A program made the position numbers and the translations under genes. From the IMG/VR virus record IMGVR_UViG_3300020436_000059, positions 1 to 29,319 of that record: a DNA stretch of 29,319 nucleotides. One strand, given 5' to 3'. The notes under the pieces are model-generated. The model was not told the origin of the DNA and ran no database searches. It saw only the letters and a program-made list of their open reading frames with translations. The DNA is from a virus. Below, in pieces: positions 25,366-29,319 of the stretch (the first letter of the stretch is position 1; the number at the start of each line of letters is the position of its first letter).

Positions 25366-26084
25366 TAGTCTAATACCGCCACCCAATCATGCCTACAATT
25401 ATAACCACCTCTACCAGAAAATGATAATTTAAGTCCACCTATTTCTGGATAAGATAAAATTTCTGCAACAGTAAAACCCTTTTCATTTTGACTATTTGAC
25501 ATTACATGCTTACATAGTGGTCGGATCCTAGGATTTTCTTTTGATGCTCCAACATATTTGAATCGTTGGTCTGGGTTTTCTTCAAAAGCTTTTTTAGTTG
25601 CTGTATTACTAAACCTTGCAAATGAATCTCCGACTATAGTATTTAATTGTGGGCTTGTTAATTCACCTACAACTGTTGTGGATAATCTGTTAACAATATT
25701 ATCTCTTGTATCGCCATCAATAATTCCTCTTAATAATTCACTTTTTACTTTTGTTGAAATTTCTTGACCTATTCTAAAAATAGCTTGGGCATCTAAATCT
25801 TTTATTAATTGTAATTGTGAAGCAGAAGCGACTTTAGTGTCTAAACCTCTTATGTTAGCTTCTCTAAAAACATTTTCAGCTACTCCGTCATAATCTTGCA
25901 TTAATTTTTCAACACTATCATTGTAACCTAATTTATTTAATTGTTCAAAGAAATCAATTTCCCTAGCAATAACTGCTAATTCTGTATCAGAGAAACCTTT
26001 TAATCTATCAATAAGCTTTGGTAGAATGTTTATGAGTTTATTCTCAATATTTGACAATTCATTTAAAAAATCATTAACTGCCAT
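25365..26084 (-). CDS. Minor head/head-morphogenesis protein (SPP1 gp7 / Mu F-like)
   Basis: 239 aa directly after the portal. The C-terminal RPLCKHV...GGYNCRHDW resembles the conserved Cys/His C-terminal motif of the gp7/F family. Confidence 0.65.
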   Translation of the reverse strand: MAVNDFLNELSNIENKLINILPKLIDRLKGFSDTELAVIAREIDFFEQLNKLGYNDSVEKLMQDYDGVAENVFREANIRGLDTKVASASQLQLIKDLDAQAIFRIGQEISTKVKSELLRGIIDGDTRDNIVNRLSTTVVGELTSPQLNTIVGDSFARFSNTATKKAFEENPDQRFKYVGASKENPRIRPLCKHVMSNSQNEKGFTVAEILSYPEIGGLKLSFSGRGGYNCRHDWVAVLD

Positions 26085-27402
26085 TAATTAACCTTTCAAC
26101 TAATGTTTCATTTGTAGGTTTTGGATCCAATTTTTTCGGTTGACTTTCTTGTTCAATTCTTTCCATAGTTTCGTTAATTTCTTCTTCTGTAAAATCTGGA
26201 TTGTAATGTCTTAGCCAATCTTTTGTAGTTGCCAATCCATTATCCCATTTCCACATCCACTCTTCACGTTCTTGTTGTGGTGATAAAGGAATATGTGGCT
26301 CACTAAAATCAACTGAGTATTCATCACTTACGTTAATATTATAAGTTTCTAAAATCCTTTGGTCTAATTCAAATCTTTCTTTTTCAAATTTTCTAAATCG
26401 TTCAAAGTCAGACATAACTGCTTCTGTTAAATCAACTTCTAAAATTCTTTGATGCTCTCCAGATGTAGCATTTGAATCACTACCCCATTTCTTTTTTAAA
26501 TGTAAAGCTGATGCTGTTGTTTCGTAAACCCACTTTTGGTTTTCTCTTATTTCTGAAAGCGAACCAGATGGACTTACAATTGAATAATTCGCTCCCTCTG
26601 GTAATACAAGCATTTTGCTAACATCCATTTTTAGCCTTGTACTTTCATCAACACCTGTTAAAACGGATTGCCCTAAAGTCTGATACATATTTCCAAGTGA
26701 TAGTTGTGTTCCAAATACATTATATAAACAATTGGCATTTGCAACCATTTTACCCTTGCCAGTTCTAAACCATTCGTTTCCAATCATAGGATATAGATGA
26801 GAAAATAAAACTGGGATTACACCATATGGATTTACATCATCTTCGTTTACACTTATAAACTGACCACCTTTTGTCATTTTAAAATGCATATCTTTTGACC
26901 AAAAAACAAATTGTTGTTCTTCTGATTTCATATTTCCGTGATTATATAAAGGGTAAACAACAGCTACTGGATCCGAATTATTCATTTCATATATAGGTTC
27001 AAAGTCAGTAATAATATGTGAATCTAAAATTTCTTTTTCTTCGTTATAATATCTTAACATTCCTATTGTTCCTAATAAACCTGTAAGCCTGTCAACTTGA
27101 ATCATGTCCTGGTCTAAGTCTCCTAATAGTTCTAAATATTTCTCATCAGCATTTCTCTGTGGTGCAGATTTATAAGCTATGTATCTTGAATCAATTAACT
27201 CTTGTGTAATATTAGCTTCAAAAGGAACTGCAAATCTTAAAGCATTAGAATCAAAATATTCCATTACATATTTATCTAAGTTTATTCCTTCATAATAATC
27301 CATAATCATTAAACGTTCTTTATTTTCACTATAATGTGAATCATCAACATAATCTTTAATACTACTAATAATTGTTTGTTTGCTTAAATCTTGTATTATC
27401 AT
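26074..27402 (-). CDS. Portal protein
   Basis: 442-aa ORF immediately downstream of terL with an acidic C-terminus. Size and position are typical. Confidence 0.75.
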   Translation of the reverse strand: MIIQDLSKQTIISSIKDYVDDSHYSENKERLMIMDYYEGINLDKYVMEYFDSNALRFAVPFEANITQELIDSRYIAYKSAPQRNADEKYLELLGDLDQDMIQVDRLTGLLGTIGMLRYYNEEKEILDSHIITDFEPIYEMNNSDPVAVVYPLYNHGNMKSEEQQFVFWSKDMHFKMTKGGQFISVNEDDVNPYGVIPVLFSHLYPMIGNEWFRTGKGKMVANANCLYNVFGTQLSLGNMYQTLGQSVLTGVDESTRLKMDVSKMLVLPEGANYSIVSPSGSLSEIRENQKWVYETTASALHLKKKWGSDSNATSGEHQRILEVDLTEAVMSDFERFRKFEKERFELDQRILETYNINVSDEYSVDFSEPHIPLSPQQEREEWMWKWDNGLATTKDWLRHYNPDFTEEEINETMERIEQESQPKKLDPKPTNETLVERLINGS

Positions 27403-27403
27403 T

Positions 27404-28708
27404 CTACCATCTTTCAGTCTGTGTTACTTCCCGATTTTTTATAGGAAATTTATTTATAAAAAAATATCTGATAGCATCCATGCTATGGTCATGTAAACCA
27501 TCTTTTAATGGTTCTTCCTTTAAAGCACTATCAGCTTTGTCGTTAGGATACCTATAATTTTCAAAATCAGATATTACACCTTTACATTTATCTGATACAA
27601 AAAGTTTAACTTCGCTTGTAGCACTTTTTAAAAAACTTCTAACTAAGTCCACACCAGATGGAATAGATTTACTTATTTTATCTCTTTTGTATTTTGCAAA
27701 TATTCCATGTCTTTTAAATATTTCTGCATCGCCTAATCCACTTGTTGATTGCACTCCTACTCCTGCAGGGTCGCAATAGTAAGATAAAACAGGGTATTTT
27801 TTTTCTAATATTCTCATAGCTAAATCTTCGGTTTTAATATTTTTTTCATGTACTATTTCATCAAATATATGGACAATTGTTTCACCATTTACTTTTCCAC
27901 ATTGAAAAAAGACAACTGCTGGCATGCGATAGCCAAAGTCAATCGAGCAATATGTATCCCATTCTGGAATATATTCGATATTAGAAACATGGGTAGTCCG
28001 TTCAAATGGATACACTTTACCAGCAAAAGTTGTAAATTCTCCAAGATATTCTTGTTGAAATGTTTCAAGCGTTAAATCCCTTTTTAAGTCCTCAATATTG
28101 TCTTTAAAAAATCTTGACTGTGTAGATGGGTGTTGCCAACTTTCCCAGTCTGGAAACTCATTAGACAATCCTCTTTTATATAATTCATATAACCAGTTAT
28201 ATCCTCTAGGAGTAGATGTAAATAAAGCCCAACCATTCCTATCCGATAAAGTAGGTCGCAAATATTGTTCCCATATAATTTTTTGTAATAATGCTGCTTC
28301 ATCTACTATTAACCAGTCTAATCCTTCTCCTACAAGTCCAGCATCTGGAGTTGTTGCTGATTTAATCCACAATTCGGATCCATTAATAAATTTTGCATAA
28401 AATAAATTACCATTAATTACTCTTTTATTTATGGTAGGAAATTTAATCTTTAATATAAGATTTTCATGAATTTCCCTACCAATTTTTGTAGCTAAGTCAT
28501 AACTAGGAGCAACAACCCAGCCTTTAGTATTTTCTTGTAATATTGCTGTTTCTGCTTCTCTTGCTGCGCTATAACTTTTACCACTTCTTCTACCTTGTAT
28601 ATTTACTCTAAACCTAGCATCGGAATTGTGCAAGTCCCATTGTATTTTATCTGGCACATATTCAATCTCTTTGAAATAATTAGCTTTCTGTTGGGCTGTA
28701 AATCGCAT
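27404..28708 (-). CDS. terL: Terminase large subunit
   Basis: 434 aa. Walker A-like QGRRSGKS near the N-terminus, Walker B-like LDWLIVDEAA, and a C-terminal nuclease-type acidic motif (HDHSMDAIRY). Confidence 0.85.
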   Translation of the reverse strand: MRFTAQQKANYFKEIEYVPDKIQWDLHNSDARFRVNIQGRRSGKSYSAAREAETAILQENTKGWVVAPSYDLATKIGREIHENLILKIKFPTINKRVINGNLFYAKFINGSELWIKSATTPDAGLVGEGLDWLIVDEAALLQKIIWEQYLRPTLSDRNGWALFTSTPRGYNWLYELYKRGLSNEFPDWESWQHPSTQSRFFKDNIEDLKRDLTLETFQQEYLGEFTTFAGKVYPFERTTHVSNIEYIPEWDTYCSIDFGYRMPAVVFFQCGKVNGETIVHIFDEIVHEKNIKTEDLAMRILEKKYPVLSYYCDPAGVGVQSTSGLGDAEIFKRHGIFAKYKRDKISKSIPSGVDLVRSFLKSATSEVKLFVSDKCKGVISDFENYRYPNDKADSALKEEPLKDGLHDHSMDAIRYFFINKFPIKNREVTQTERW

Positions 28709-29048
28709 GAATTACATCTTCCCATTTCTCGCCAACTTGTGCTATTACTTCTGTTGCTTTTCCTTCTAATCTGTTAGCAACAAAATCTATTGCCCACGGC
28801 TTTCCTTGTATCGCATACATAATAGTCGTTCTTAGTATGCCTTCAAGTAAGTTCATATCAGTTAAGTCAATTTCTGGATAAACCTTTTTAATTCTTTTTT
28901 GTAGTTCTTTAGGCACAGGTTCATTTGTTATTTTCCTTAATAAGTCTGGTATGGATCCGGCTCCCTTAGGCCTTCCTTTTGGATTCCCACTTACACCTTG
29001 TTTAAAAGTGCCATCATTATTCCTGTTATTACCTGTTTTATCAGGCAT
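28680..29048 (-). CDS. terS: Terminase small subunit-like protein (DUF5681-type; ORF track start 29114)
   Basis: MPDKTGNNRNNDGTFKQGVSGNPKGRPKGAGSIPD carries the GxSGNPxGRPKG motif common in small-terminase-like proteins. ATG at 29048 overlaps the Mom-like stop by 8 nt. The longer 29114 start would run through the tRNA-like element. Confidence 0.65.
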   Translation of the reverse strand: MPDKTGNNRNNDGTFKQGVSGNPKGRPKGAGSIPDLLRKITNEPVPKELQKRIKKVYPEIDLTDMNLLEGILRTTIMYAIQGKPWAIDFVANRLEGKATEVIAQVGEKWEDVIHAIYSPTES

Positions 29049-29319
29049 AATTATTGAGCGATTCACTAGGTATCGAACCTGTACTTTTATCATGGACTGA
29101 TAACGTGCTTCCATTTACACTAGAATCGCATACTTTAGGATAAGTTAATTTTTGTTTATTTAATTTTTGTCTTAATGTTTTATCAAAAGCATACAAGTAT
29201 TTAAATTTTCCTGATTTTTTTCTTCTTTGAATATTTTGTTTGAACGCTGGTTTTATTTTATAGTTTCCAAAGCTTTTAGCATGCATCCATTTGCCATTAT
29301 ATAAATATTCTAAACCAGA
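29041..29319 (-). CDS. Mom-like DNA-modification protein, C-terminal part (continuation of 464..1; 29243..29319 duplicates 1..77)
   Basis: The frame is open from the window end down to TGA at 29043..29041 (...MHAKSFGNYKIKPAFKQNIQRRKKSGKFKYLYAFDKTLRQKLNKQKLTYPK...). The listed 81-aa ORF 29041..29286 is only the tail of this gene. The last ~30 codons are Ser-rich, low-complexity, and overlap the tRNA-like element. Confidence 0.6.
   Translation of the reverse strand, partial: SGLEYLYNGKWMHAKSFGNYKIKPAFKQNIQRRKKSGKFKYLYAFDKTLRQKLNKQKLTYPKVCDSSVNGSTLSVHDKSTGSIPSESLNNYA
29057..29129 (-). tRNA. tRNA-like element (possibly a degenerate tRNA-Gly, anticodon UCC)
   Basis: The minus strand reads GCGATTC-TA-GTGT-AAATGGAA-GCAC-G-TTATC-AGTCCAT-GATAA-AAGT-ACAGG-TTCGATA-CCTAG-T-GAATCGC-T. 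It has a 7-bp acceptor stem, a 4-bp D stem with A14/G18G19/A21, a 5-bp anticodon stem and a T-loop TTCGATA with G53/C61 and U8. Defects are G instead of U at position 33, only 3 of 5 T-stem pairs, and one extra nt before the acceptor 3' strand. It lies inside the 3' end of the Mom-like ORF. Confidence 0.35.
29243..29319. repeat. Terminal direct repeat, copy 2 (identical to 1..77)
   Basis: Exact 77-nt match to the window start, compared base by base. Confidence 0.95.

Noticed and set aside
27848-28400. ORFs inside terL on either strand or in another frame (27848..28075, 28084..28302, 28098..28400, 28595..28777), and similar ones in the portal and head genes (27372..27557, 25558..25767, 24817..25005, 15127..15324, 15432..15680, 2331..2513, 3818..4039, 11852..12043, 16964..17221).
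   Set aside because: They are fully nested in or antisense to stronger genes, with no RBS and implausible composition.
491-28958. GGATCC sites as cloning-linker, adaptor or chimera artefacts, or as copies of a dispersed repeat element.
   Set aside because: Every site is embedded seamlessly in an intact reading frame or a functional spacer. The flanking sequences differ completely between sites, and no common linker sequence surrounds them. A protein-level explanation fails because three codon phases and non-coding positions are used.
29049-29114. N-terminal extension of the small-terminase-like ORF (track start 29114).
   Set aside because: The extension (MEARYQSMIKVQVRYLVNRSII) runs through the tRNA-like element and deep into the Mom-like gene. 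The ATG at 29048 gives the usual short overlap, and the conserved GNPKGRPKG motif follows soon after.
29041-29286. 81-aa ORF treated as an independent gene.
   Set aside because: Its frame stays open to the window end and continues in frame from 464..1 across the 77-nt circular overlap. It is the C-terminal part of the Mom-like gene.

Overview
The window is a complete, circularly closed genome of an AT-rich tailed phage. Its unique length is 29,242 bp, because the first and last 77 nt are identical. The tail genes are siphovirus-type: a tape-measure protein preceded by a G/GT-type chaperone pair with an A_AAA_AAC -1 frameshift site.

Organisation:
- A short plus-strand arm (about 1.45-6.55 kb) carries small early or regulatory genes: zinc-finger, winged-HTH, LuxR-type HTH, DUF3310-like and NinG-like. 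I recognise no polymerase, helicase, primase, integrase or repressor.
- One long minus-strand arm runs across the circular junction in this order: small HTH-like gene, ParB-like nuclease-domain protein, Mom-like DNA-modification protein, terS, terL, portal, head morphogenesis, scaffold, major capsid, a 1262-aa repeat-rich fibre, lipoprotein/membrane/very basic small proteins, GH108 endolysin, metallophosphoesterase, connector-like genes, major tail protein, chaperones, tape measure, and two distal tail proteins.
- Genes are tightly packed, with many ATGA/TAATG stop-start overlaps. I saw no rRNA, CRISPR array or transposon.

The most unusual signal is at the DNA level. GGATCC occurs 30 times (about 2-3 expected from composition) at fairly even ~1 kb spacing, in all codon phases and in intergenic spacers. 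GATC that is not part of (G)GATC(C) is absent. Together with the translationally coupled ParB-like/Mom-like pair just upstream of the terminase, this suggests an undescribed site-specific DNA modification, binding or nicking system.

Other points of interest are a degenerate tRNA-like element at the mom-like/terS junction, a cluster of small extremely basic proteins, and a metallophosphoesterase inside the structural module. All functional calls come from motifs read by eye; no searches were run.
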